Shown: positions 6,963 through 15,448 of the stretch, in pieces
How positions within the stretch are numbered: the stretch's first letter is position 1
Layout of the letters: every line of letters begins with the position of its first letter
DNA from: an uncultured Prevotellaceae bacterium
GTDB lineage: Bacteria; Bacteroidota; Bacteroidia; Bacteroidales; Bacteroidaceae
Direction: 5' to 3'
NCBI GenBank assembly: GCA_945788095.1
Contig: CALZKW010000001.1
Coordinates: 1-52,191, forward strand
Length of the DNA stretch: 52,191 bases
Translations under genes and position numbers: made by a program
Notes under the pieces: model-generated
Databases searched by the model: none
Seen by the model: only the letters and a program-made list of their open reading frames with translations
What the model was told of the DNA's origin: nothing

Positions 6963-9896
6963 ATGAAGAAGAGTTTACTTTCTTTTGCCACTTTGATTGT
7001 TGCAATGACTTCTTCTGCTGCAGAACTTGACAAGGTCACCTTCCCCTTGGCAGAACAGGTTTCTGTGTCCAGTTACAAGAATAACTGGACAGGCGCAACA
7101 AGTATGGGCACATGGAGTTTCACAAACTTCTACAACAACAAAAATGAATGGAACTACATCAAATGTGGTTGGAAGACCGAGGCCACTACCTCTACCATCA
7201 CTTCCCCTGCCATCTTGGGCACAGTAGAGTCGGTGGTGTATACCATCAACAAGACCTCTGGCGTGACAAGCGCTACCTTCACCGTGATGAATGGCGAGGA
7301 TGTAGTGAGCAACACTCCCGTGGATCTTAAGGCTGGTGATGTAACCTGCACCGTAAGCAATGCTCAGGTGGGCTACAGCTATGTGCTGACCATTGAGAAC
7401 GAGAAGGTCAAGAACAATGGCACTACCCAGATTGATGCTATTACCGTCAACGGCGTTGAGGCTGTCGCAGCTGTGGCTAAGCCCCAATTCTCTGTAGCCA
7501 GTGGTACCTACTACGAGGCACAGACTGTGGCTCTGACATGTGAGACCGAGGGTGCTACCATCGAGTATAGTTTCGATGGCGAGACCTATACTACCTATAC
7601 AGAGGCGCTGACTATCGATGAGACCAAAACTGTCTTTGCCAAGGCTTCGAAGGATGAGGACGAGAGCCTTGTTGCTCGTGCAGACTATAAGATTGCACAG
7701 AGTTTTGCTTCTCTTGCTGAGCTCTGCAACCTGACACCCACCAAGGAGGGAATCCCCGTCACCGTGGCCCTCAACAATGAGGTGATCGATAGCATCTATG
7801 TGACCAAGAGTGGTTACCGCAACGGTATCTACCTCACCTCTGGCAATGAGGCTAAGCCCGCTGTAGAAATATACTGCAAGGACGTGCCCGAGTACTGGAC
7901 CGTAGGTGGCACCGTTCGCGGCACCGTGAAGGGTCTCTGGAAGAACTACAACGGCACTTGGGAGGTTTGCCCCGACAGCTGGGATGGCATCAAATACACC
8001 AAGTTGGTCAACGTAGCCGCAGGCGACTACTACATCAAGAATGTGGAGACCGGCAAGTATCTGGGTGGCGGCAATTCATGGGGTACACATGCATCGCTCG
8101 TGGAGAATGGTCAGATCTTCACCGTCGTAGCACTCGAGAATGGCAAGTATAAGCTCGACAGCCACACCTACAACAACGCCACCGACCACTTCCTTGGCGG
8201 TGACTACATAGACAACGTCGGCAACGAGTTCGTATTCTCTGAGGCAGACGGCGGTCTGAATATCATGAATGGCGACATGTATGTGGGCGTCACCACCGGT
8301 ACTGAGGTGGGTACTGCTACCGACAAGGATGAGGTATGGCAGTTGATCACACGTGACGAAATGATTGCCACACTGGCCAGCGCCACCAAGGAGAATCCCG
8401 TGAACGCTACCTTCGCTATCAAGAATGCCAACTTCAACCGCAACCACTACCGCCTTGAATTCGAGGACACTGCCTGGTCTATCACAGCCAGCAACAAGAA
8501 CCTCGGTGGTGGCGACCACTCTAACACCTGTGCAGAGTCATTCCACTCTACCTTCACCCTGACTCAGACTGTGACCGGTCTGCCCAAGGGTGTATACTCA
8601 GTGACTGCTCAGGGCTTCTACCGCCAGGATGGCAGCGACAACGACAACCTGCCCTACTTCTTCGCTGGCGAGGAGACCGCTAAATTCCCCCTGCGCACCG
8701 GTACAGAGAACTCTATGAGCGATGCCTCAAAGTCGTTTACTGCTGGCAACTACAAGATTGATCCCATGTACGTATTGGTAGAGAATGGTGAGATCACCCT
8801 CGGCGCCAAGAACGAGAGCAACGCCAACCTGTGGTGTATCTGGGACAACTTCGAGCTCTTCTACCTGGGTGCTGACGTAGACTACAACGCCCTGAAGAAC
8901 GCTGCACTCGTGGCTAAATGGACCGAGCTCAAGGCTGAGGCTGATAGCGTATACAAGGAATTTGAGCTTGGCCGTCCTGCTGACGCTACTATCGTGGCTG
9001 CCTTCGCTGCTGCTCTCCAGGCTAAGCCAGAGACAACCGCTGAGGCTCTCACCGCAGCTATCGACGCCCTGAGCGCTGCTATGAACGCTGCTGTCAACTC
9101 ATCAGAGGCCTACGACGCTGCTCTCGAGATGGCTATAATCTACAATAGCTTCGGCAAGGCTGCCAACGTATCCGAGGATATGATGGGCGCTCTGGAGGCT
9201 ATCTACGACGGCTATGAGAATGGTACTCTCGACCTCACCAATGGCAACCCCATGGTGAATGCCTACAAGGCTGCCATCGCCAACGTGGCTGCACAGGCTA
9301 CCGACATGACTAACCTCATCGCTAACCCCAGCTTCGAGAATGGCATCGAGGGCTGGACCAAGGCTGAAGGCTGGCAGAACAGCAACCCCTGGATGCACGT
9401 GGCTCAGGACAACTTCCCCGAGAAGGTGGGCAACAACTTCGTAGAGGGATGGGTCCAGGGTCCCAACACCCACGCTGACGAGGCTCTGACTCAGACCATC
9501 ACTCTCCCCGCCGGTAAGTACATGCTCACCGCTATGGCCAAGAACATGCAGCAGGGCAACAACGAGATGCCTCTCGGCTTCTACATCTTCGCTGAGTGGA
9601 CTGGCGAGGGTGCTTTCTCTGAGGTGACCAACATACCTGAGCGCTATGCTACCTACTTCGAGCTCGAGGCTCAGACCGAGGTTACCATCGGTGCCAAGGC
9701 TGAGAACTGCACTGGCAACTGGATCTGCGTAGACGACTTCTGCCTCTATCAGATCAAGGATGGCACCCCCACCGCTATCAGCGGCATCGAGGCTGCCAAT
9801 GCTGACAAGGCTATCTACAACCTCAACGGTCAGCGCATGCAGAAGGCTCAGAAGGGCATCTACATCATCGGTAACAAGAAGGTGGTAGTGAAGTAA
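6963..9896 (+). CDS. T9SS-secreted multidomain protein of unknown activity
   Basis: 977 aa with signal peptide MKKSLLSFATLIVAMTSSAAE. Chitobiase/hexosaminidase-C-like module (GATIEYSFDGETYTTY). Ricin/beta-trefoil-like segment (YYIKNVETGKYLGGGNSWGTHASL). CBM4/9-like module (NLIANPSFENGIEGWT). T9SS CTD (AIYNLNGQRMQKAQKGIYIIGNKKVVVK). I recognised no catalytic motif. Confidence 0.8.
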   Translation: MKKSLLSFATLIVAMTSSAAELDKVTFPLAEQVSVSSYKNNWTGATSMGTWSFTNFYNNKNEWNYIKCGWKTEATTSTITSPAILGTVESVVYTINKTSGVTSATFTVMNGEDVVSNTPVDLKAGDVTCTVSNAQVGYSYVLTIENEKVKNNGTTQIDAITVNGVEAVAAVAKPQFSVASGTYYEAQTVALTCETEGATIEYSFDGETYTTYTEALTIDETKTVFAKASKDEDESLVARADYKIAQSFASLAELCNLTPTKEGIPVTVALNNEVIDSIYVTKSGYRNGIYLTSGNEAKPAVEIYCKDVPEYWTVGGTVRGTVKGLWKNYNGTWEVCPDSWDGIKYTKLVNVAAGDYYIKNVETGKYLGGGNSWGTHASLVENGQIFTVVALENGKYKLDSHTYNNATDHFLGGDYIDNVGNEFVFSEADGGLNIMNGDMYVGVTTGTEVGTATDKDEVWQLITRDEMIATLASATKENPVNATFAIKNANFNRNHYRLEFEDTAWSITASNKNLGGGDHSNTCAESFHSTFTLTQTVTGLPKGVYSVTAQGFYRQDGSDNDNLPYFFAGEETAKFPLRTGTENSMSDASKSFTAGNYKIDPMYVLVENGEITLGAKNESNANLWCIWDNFELFYLGADVDYNALKNAALVAKWTELKAEADSVYKEFELGRPADATIVAAFAAALQAKPETTAEALTAAIDALSAAMNAAVNSSEAYDAALEMAIIYNSFGKAANVSEDMMGALEAIYDGYENGTLDLTNGNPMVNAYKAAIANVAAQATDMTNLIANPSFENGIEGWTKAEGWQNSNPWMHVAQDNFPEKVGNNFVEGWVQGPNTHADEALTQTITLPAGKYMLTAMAKNMQQGNNEMPLGFYIFAEWTGEGAFSEVTNIPERYATYFELEAQTEVTIGAKAENCTGNWICVDDFCLYQIKDGTPTAISGIEAANADKAIYNLNGQRMQKAQKGIYIIGNKKVVVK

Positions 9897-9922
9897 TCAC
9901 TCATCATCATCCCCTGATACAG

Positions 9923-9955
9923 GCGCTGCACACTCCGGTGTGCGGCGCTTTTTTT
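9923..9955 (+). terminator. Intrinsic terminator
   Basis: Stem GCGCTGCACAC / GTGTGCGGCGC (one G-U pair) with loop tccg, then TTTTTTT. Confidence 0.85.
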
Positions 9956-10003
9956 GAGACTCTCCCCCCGCCCCCCAGAAGGGAGGGGGCCGAGGGCGAT
10001 TTT

Positions 10004-10096
10004 AGATATGGGTTTCATCGCCACAGGATATGGGTCTCAGCACCATCAGGATATGGGTCTTGTTGCGCTGAGATATGGGTCTTTTTCTGCTGAGAG
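10004..10096. repeat. Four-unit array, period 22-23 bp, core GATATGGGTCT plus variable spacer of about 11 nt
   Basis: ATATGGG occurs at 10006, 10028, 10051 and 10073. Confidence 0.9.
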
Positions 10097-10195
10097 GTGG
10101 GGGGCAAAGTGTTAGTGAATAGTGAATAATACTTAATACCTTTAATACTGGTAATGTAGAGGAGAAAGCACATAGCACGCCCCAACAAGCCATTC

Positions 10196-10590
10196 ACGGC
10201 CATTTTCAGCACGGAAACATACTGTTGTAGGCCTACAACGGCCATTTTCAGCACGGAAAAATGCTGTTGTAGGCCTACGACGACGATTTTCTGCACGAAA
10301 AATGCTGTTGTAGGCCTACAACGACGATTTTCTGCACGGAAACATATTGTTGTAGGCCTACAATGACGATTTTCAGTGGAGAAACATATCGTCGTAGGCC
10401 TACAACGACGATTTTCAGTGGAGAAACATATCGTCGTAGGCCTACAACGACGATTTTCGGTGGAGAAACATATCGTCGTAGGCCTACAACGACGATTTTC
10501 GGTGGAGAAACATATCGTCGTAGGCCTACAACGACGATTTTCGGTGGAGAAACATATCGTCGTAGGCCTACAACGGACATTTTCGGTATT
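10196..10590. repeat. 42-bp tandem array, about 9.5 units, each unit carrying an AGGCCT-centred palindrome
   Basis: AGGCCT occurs at 10229, 10271, 10312, 10354, 10396, 10438, 10480, 10522 and 10564. Unit sequence is GATTTTCGGTGGAGAAACATATCGTCGTAGGCCTACAACGAC. Units 1, 3 and 4 carry the perfect 16-bp palindrome GTTGTAGGCCTACAAC; unit 2 has one mismatch. Confidence 0.95.
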
Positions 10591-10743
10591 GCGTTAAGGA
10601 ACATAGCATGTCTCAGCGGGGCATATATGGTCTGGCTGCGCAGGTTGTATAGTCCTTATAACTTCCTTTTAACTTCTTTTCAAAAAAAAGCCACGCACCG
10701 AGGGGAGAGTGCGTGGCTATTCGTATGTGGGAGGGGGAAGTAC

Positions 10744-13242
10744 TTAGAGTTTCTTGATGACGTCGAGTAGTTGCTGGCCGAGGCCGATGGTGTAGCCCTG
10801 GCGGCACCAGAGGACGCGGTTGAAGGTGTCGGCTATCAGGAAGACGGGCATGGTGGGGGCCGTGAGATACATGTTGGTCCATATCTCCTGGCGTATCTTG
10901 CCGTCGACGTCGGTACCGAAAACGAGGTTGCGGGGGAGATTGCGGAACTCATCGCGGTTGGTGAAGCGGGCCATCTCAGCCTCGCTCTCGAAGAGGAGCA
11001 CCAGCGAACGACCCCACTGCTCGAGTTGGGCGGCCACAGCGGCTATATCGCGCAGAGCGTGGTTGGTGGGCTCCTGACCGGGAGCGATAAGGCCCACCAC
11101 GTAGTAGCCGCGGCCTGTGATGGAGAGCAACGAACGGATGTCGCCCTGCTCGGTGCGGTAGAGATTCTCGCTGTTGAAACTACCTATCACCGTCACCTCC
11201 TCCTGCGAGGTGCGCATGGTGAGGTCAGCCGTGGTGGTCTCACCCTCGCGGATGGGCAGGAAGTCCATGTGGGCCAAGACGCCGCCATTGGCCAGACGTG
11301 TGCCGCTGACGAGCATGTACTGACCGGTGTCGAGTGTCTGTCCGGAGTCGAAGAGATTGCGCCAGGTGGCACTGCCGTCCTCGGGATAGGTGAGCGACAC
11401 GGGGGTGCCGTCCTGCATCTGGGCCAGGGTGAACTGGTAGTAGTAGCCCGGCGAATGGGCCGTGGTGGTGGGGGTGGCAGAGCGCAGGATGCCCTTGGGA
11501 CTGCCTGCCTGGTGCTCGCTGCCGCCGAAGTGTATGTCCGTCCACTGACCCTGGTCGTAGACCTGCACCTTGCCCGTCACCTCGTCGATGCGGCTGGCGA
11601 TGCCCATGGTGCGGGCCACAGAGACAAAGAAGATGTTGCGCGAGTGGCTATCGGTGCGGCGCACCTGCCACACGCTGCGCGGACTCATGCAGAGGGCCTG
11701 CGGATTGCGGCTCTCGTCGATGGTCACATGCTCGGCCACCCATGCCACCCACTGGCGGTAGTCGCTGCGGCAGGAGGCAATGAAATCGGGGGAGAGCTCG
11801 GTGAGGAAGTACTGCTTGTAGGGCGTGAGCATCTCGTTGCTGACGCGGGGATTGAGCACATAGCGGGCCCAGAGGCTCCGCGGATTGGCCTCGCCCGAGA
11901 GATTGGCCGAGACAGGACGACTGGAGAAGAGATAATGATCGGTCAGTACGTCGAGCGTGACATCGCGGAGGTCCTTCTCGGAGATGACATGCAGCAGCGT
12001 CATGGCCATCTGTTCGTCGTTGACACCGGTGAGGAACTGCTTGATGACATTGTAGTTGCCCCAGCTCTGCTCCACGGCCCAGTTGTCGCGGCGGAAGGTG
12101 GCCTCGTAGGCCGTGCGGATAGAGTCCTCGTACACCAGACGGCGCTGGTTCGCCTCGCGCTGGGCATCGGTGACGGGGGGCATATTGTTGCGCTCGGGGG
12201 GAGGCATCAGGTCGAAGTCCACCTGTCCGCAGTAGGAGACGTCCTTGTCGAGACATACCTCGATGGTGTCCTGGCGGCCCATGCTGCACTTGGCAAACCC
12301 AAACTGCGCCTCTGCTCCCCTACCCCGGCTGGCCCACACCATGATGTCGCCTAAGCCGGAAGAGAAATGCGTCAGGCCGTCCTTGTCCGACTGGCGGGAG
12401 GCGAGGGTGAAGTACTCGGCATAGTTGTAGAGGCGGAAGGAGACGGTGGCGGGCACGGGGCGTCCCTCCCTGTCCACGGTGCGCACCGTGACGGATGCCG
12501 TGGGGGCATAGTTGGCGGTGACGTCTATCTCGGTGAAGCAGGGTGTCTGGCGCATCACGGTCTCGGGACCGTCGTAGCGGCCAAACACCTTGGTGTGCAT
12601 CAGCATGGCTCGCGATGCGGGGGCATTAAACCATCCGAGATTCAACACCGGTTCGGGTTCGCAGGCTCCGAGGAAGCACCATCGGCCATCGACCCAGGCC
12701 TCCACCCAGGCGTGATTGTCGTCGGTGTGTGCCCAGCGGGGGGTATAGACCTGGCGGGCGGGGATGCCCACCGAGCGCAGCGCAGCCACACAGAAGGTGC
12801 TCTCCTCGCCACAGCGTCCCTTGGCATTGCGCATGGTGGCCAGCGGGGCCGAGGTACGGGCATCGCTGGGGGTGTAGGTAACGTGCTCATGACACCAGTG
12901 GTTGACCTCGAGCACGGCTTCGGCCATGCTGAGATGGCGTACACGGCCGCGCAAGGCCTCATAGAAGACGATGCGGGCCTCATCGAGATTCTCATTGTTG
13001 ACTCGAACGGGCAATACGAAGTGGCACCACTCGCGCTCGGGCACCGTCTTGCCCCAGGGCATCTCCTGGCGGGCCTTCATGCTGCAGGCCACATTGCGCT
13101 CCCAGAAGTCGCGGCTGTAGTCGGCACTGTCGGGCAAGGGCATATACTGATAGAGGAAGTCGACGGCCTCGGCCTCACTCGTGGTCTGCGCCTGGGCCGG
13201 CAGAGCGGCGCCGAGGGCAAGAACAAGAAGTAGTCTTTTCAT
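10744..13242 (-). CDS. Secreted transglutaminase-like cysteine protease-fold protein with C-terminal thioredoxin-like domain
   Basis: 832 aa with signal peptide MKRLLLVLALGAALPAQAQ. Transglutaminase core (GRCGEESTFCVAALRSVGIPARQVYTPRWAHTDDNHAWVEAW). The C-terminal section resembles AhpC/TSA-like folds. Confidence 0.85.
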   Translation of the reverse strand: MKRLLLVLALGAALPAQAQTTSEAEAVDFLYQYMPLPDSADYSRDFWERNVACSMKARQEMPWGKTVPEREWCHFVLPVRVNNENLDEARIVFYEALRGRVRHLSMAEAVLEVNHWCHEHVTYTPSDARTSAPLATMRNAKGRCGEESTFCVAALRSVGIPARQVYTPRWAHTDDNHAWVEAWVDGRWCFLGACEPEPVLNLGWFNAPASRAMLMHTKVFGRYDGPETVMRQTPCFTEIDVTANYAPTASVTVRTVDREGRPVPATVSFRLYNYAEYFTLASRQSDKDGLTHFSSGLGDIMVWASRGRGAEAQFGFAKCSMGRQDTIEVCLDKDVSYCGQVDFDLMPPPERNNMPPVTDAQREANQRRLVYEDSIRTAYEATFRRDNWAVEQSWGNYNVIKQFLTGVNDEQMAMTLLHVISEKDLRDVTLDVLTDHYLFSSRPVSANLSGEANPRSLWARYVLNPRVSNEMLTPYKQYFLTELSPDFIASCRSDYRQWVAWVAEHVTIDESRNPQALCMSPRSVWQVRRTDSHSRNIFFVSVARTMGIASRIDEVTGKVQVYDQGQWTDIHFGGSEHQAGSPKGILRSATPTTTAHSPGYYYQFTLAQMQDGTPVSLTYPEDGSATWRNLFDSGQTLDTGQYMLVSGTRLANGGVLAHMDFLPIREGETTTADLTMRTSQEEVTVIGSFNSENLYRTEQGDIRSLLSITGRGYYVVGLIAPGQEPTNHALRDIAAVAAQLEQWGRSLVLLFESEAEMARFTNRDEFRNLPRNLVFGTDVDGKIRQEIWTNMYLTAPTMPVFLIADTFNRVLWCRQGYTIGLGQQLLDVIKKL

Positions 13243-13305
13243 TGGGTTTATTGGGCTTATTGGGCTAATTGGACTAATTGGACTAATTGGGCTAATCCGG
13301 CTAAC
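13243..13305 (-). repeat. 9-bp tandem array (sense TAGNCCAAT), 7 units, filling the tex-transglutaminase spacer
   Basis: Plus strand reads TGGGTTTAT TGGGCTTAT TGGGCTAAT TGGACTAAT TGGACTAAT TGGGCTAAT CCGGCTAAC. Confidence 0.95.
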
Positions 13306-13315
13306 TGCTCCTCTC

Positions 13316-15448
13316 TCACAGTTTCATCGAGAGGGAGATGCGGTCGCGGTCGAGATCGACATCGAGCACCTTGACCATCACCTGCTGGTGGAGGCTGACC
13401 ACCTCGGTGGGGTCCTTGACGAAGCGATTGGCCAGTTGGGACACATGCACGAGGCCCTTGGTGTGGACACCGATGTCGACAAAGGCGCCAAAGTTGGTGA
13501 TGTTGGTGACGATGCCGGGGAGCACCTGTCCGGGACGCAGGTCGGCGGGCTCGTGCACCGTGGGGTCGAAGGCAAAGGCCTGGAGCGGTGTGCGCGGATC
13601 GCGACCTGGCTTGTCGAGTTCGGCCATGATGTCATTAAGCGTGGGCAGACCCACCTCGTCGCTGACGTAGCGCTGTATGTCTATCTGCTCGCGCAGGGCC
13701 TTGTCCTTGAGGAGCTGCTCCACGGTGCACCCCAGGTCCTTGGCCATCTGCTCCACGAGGGCATAGCGCTCGGGATGCACGGCACTGTTGTCGAGAGGCT
13801 GGTCGCTGCCCTCCACACGGAAGAAGCCCGAACACATCTCGAAGGCCTTGGCACCCATGCGGGGCACCTTCATCAGTTCGCGGCGCGACTTGAAGCCGCC
13901 ATGCTCATCGCGGTAGTTGACAATGTTCTGGGCCAGGGCAGGACCGAGACCACTGACATAAGTGAGCAGGTACTTGCTGGCAGTGTTGACATTGACGCCC
14001 ACACGGTTGACACAGTTGACCACCGTCTGGTCGAGCGAGCGCTTAAGCTCTGCCTGGTTGACATCCTTCTGATACTGGCCCACGCCGATGCTGCTGGGAT
14101 CTATCTTGACCAACTCGGCCAGGGGGTCCATCAGGCGGCGACCGATGCTCACGGCACCACGCACGGTGACGTCGTGGTCGGGGAATTCCTCGCGGGCCAG
14201 TTTGCTGGCCGAGTAGATGCTGGCACCGTCCTCGCTCACGACATAGACCTCCACGCCATCGGGCAGGTCGAGATGGTTGACAAAATCCTCCGTCTCGCGG
14301 CCTGCCGTACCATTGCCGATGGAGATGGCCTCTATCTTGTATGCCTCCACGAGGTTCATAATAGTGCGCATGGCCTTGATGCGCTCTGCACGGGGTGGAT
14401 GGGGGAAGATGGCTTCATTGTGGAGCAGGGCGCCCTCGCTGCTGAGGCAGACCACCTTGCATCCGGTGCGGAAACCGGGGTCGATGGCCAGTACGCGCTT
14501 CTGGCCCAGGGGCGACGACATGAGGAGCTGCTCGAGATTGCGCACAAAGATGCGTATGGCCTCCTCGTCGGCACGCTGCTTGCTCAGGGCGGCAAACTCG
14601 GTCTCGATGCTGGGCAGGAGCAAGCGCTTGTAGCCATCCTGCACGGCTTCCTCGACGATGGTGGATGCCTCGCCACGACCGTGCACGAAATAGTGGGCCA
14701 CCTTGCTGACAGCCTGCTCGTCGTCGATGGTGATGCTCAGGCGCAGTATGCCCTCGTCCTCGCCTCGGCGCATGGCCAGGAGGCGGTGTGAGGTGCAGCG
14801 GTGGAGGGGTTCGCTCCAGTCGAAATAGTCGCGAAACTTCTGTCCTTCCTCCTCCTTGCCCTTGACGAGGCGGCTCACGATGGTGGCACCGCGGCGGAAG
14901 AAGCCGCGCACCGCATTGCGGCTGCGCTCGTGCTCGCTGACGCGCTCGGCGATGATGTCCTTGGCGCCCTGGAGCACCTTGTCCACGGTGTCGATGCCTT
15001 TATCGGCGTTGATGTAGCGCTCGGCTATCTGATGGATGGGCTGTCCCTTCTGGCTCTGTATGATGTTGGCCATGGGTTCGAGTCCTGCCTCGCGGGCCAC
15101 TTGGGCTCGTGTGCGTCGCTTCTGCTTGTAGGGCAGGTAGATGTCCTCGAGTTCGGTGGCATCCCATGTCTGGTCGATGCGCTGACGCAGTTCGTCGGTC
15201 ATCTTGTCCTGTCCCTCGATGGCGGTGATGATGGTGGCCTTGCGCTTCTCGGTCTCCTCGAGGCGCTCCACGGCCAGACTGATCTGTGCTATCTGCACCT
15301 CGTCCATGCCTCCGGTAGCCTCCTTGCGGTAGCGGCTGATGAAGGGTATGGTGGCTCCTTCCTGGAGCAGGGCGATGGTATTTTCAACGCCGCGTGCATT
15401 GAGTCCCGTGCTCTTGGTGACGAGCTCAGTGAGTAGTTCTATGGTCAT
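13316..15448 (-). CDS. tex: Transcription accessory protein Tex (S1 RNA-binding domain protein)
   Basis: 710 aa. N-terminus has TIPFISRYRKEATGGMDEV. YqgF-like and HhH regions are present, and the C-terminal S1 domain reads GIVTNITNFGAFVDIG...GLVHVSQL. Confidence 0.92.
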   Translation of the reverse strand: MTIELLTELVTKSTGLNARGVENTIALLQEGATIPFISRYRKEATGGMDEVQIAQISLAVERLEETEKRKATIITAIEGQDKMTDELRQRIDQTWDATELEDIYLPYKQKRRTRAQVAREAGLEPMANIIQSQKGQPIHQIAERYINADKGIDTVDKVLQGAKDIIAERVSEHERSRNAVRGFFRRGATIVSRLVKGKEEEGQKFRDYFDWSEPLHRCTSHRLLAMRRGEDEGILRLSITIDDEQAVSKVAHYFVHGRGEASTIVEEAVQDGYKRLLLPSIETEFAALSKQRADEEAIRIFVRNLEQLLMSSPLGQKRVLAIDPGFRTGCKVVCLSSEGALLHNEAIFPHPPRAERIKAMRTIMNLVEAYKIEAISIGNGTAGRETEDFVNHLDLPDGVEVYVVSEDGASIYSASKLAREEFPDHDVTVRGAVSIGRRLMDPLAELVKIDPSSIGVGQYQKDVNQAELKRSLDQTVVNCVNRVGVNVNTASKYLLTYVSGLGPALAQNIVNYRDEHGGFKSRRELMKVPRMGAKAFEMCSGFFRVEGSDQPLDNSAVHPERYALVEQMAKDLGCTVEQLLKDKALREQIDIQRYVSDEVGLPTLNDIMAELDKPGRDPRTPLQAFAFDPTVHEPADLRPGQVLPGIVTNITNFGAFVDIGVHTKGLVHVSQLANRFVKDPTEVVSLHQQVMVKVLDVDLDRDRISLSMKL

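Noticed and set aside
10196-10590. CRISPR array
   Set aside because: The whole 42-bp unit repeats. There are no unique spacers of about 30 bp and no cas genes in the window.
10015-10770. ORFs running through the 42-bp array, such as 10275..10604(-) with PKIVVVGLRRYVS repeats, and 10363..10770(+) and 10376..10597(+) on the plus strand
   Set aside because: The 42-bp unit is 14 codons and happens to lack stops in several frames on both strands. Open frames on both strands are a repeat artefact. There is no start context and no codon bias like that of real genes.
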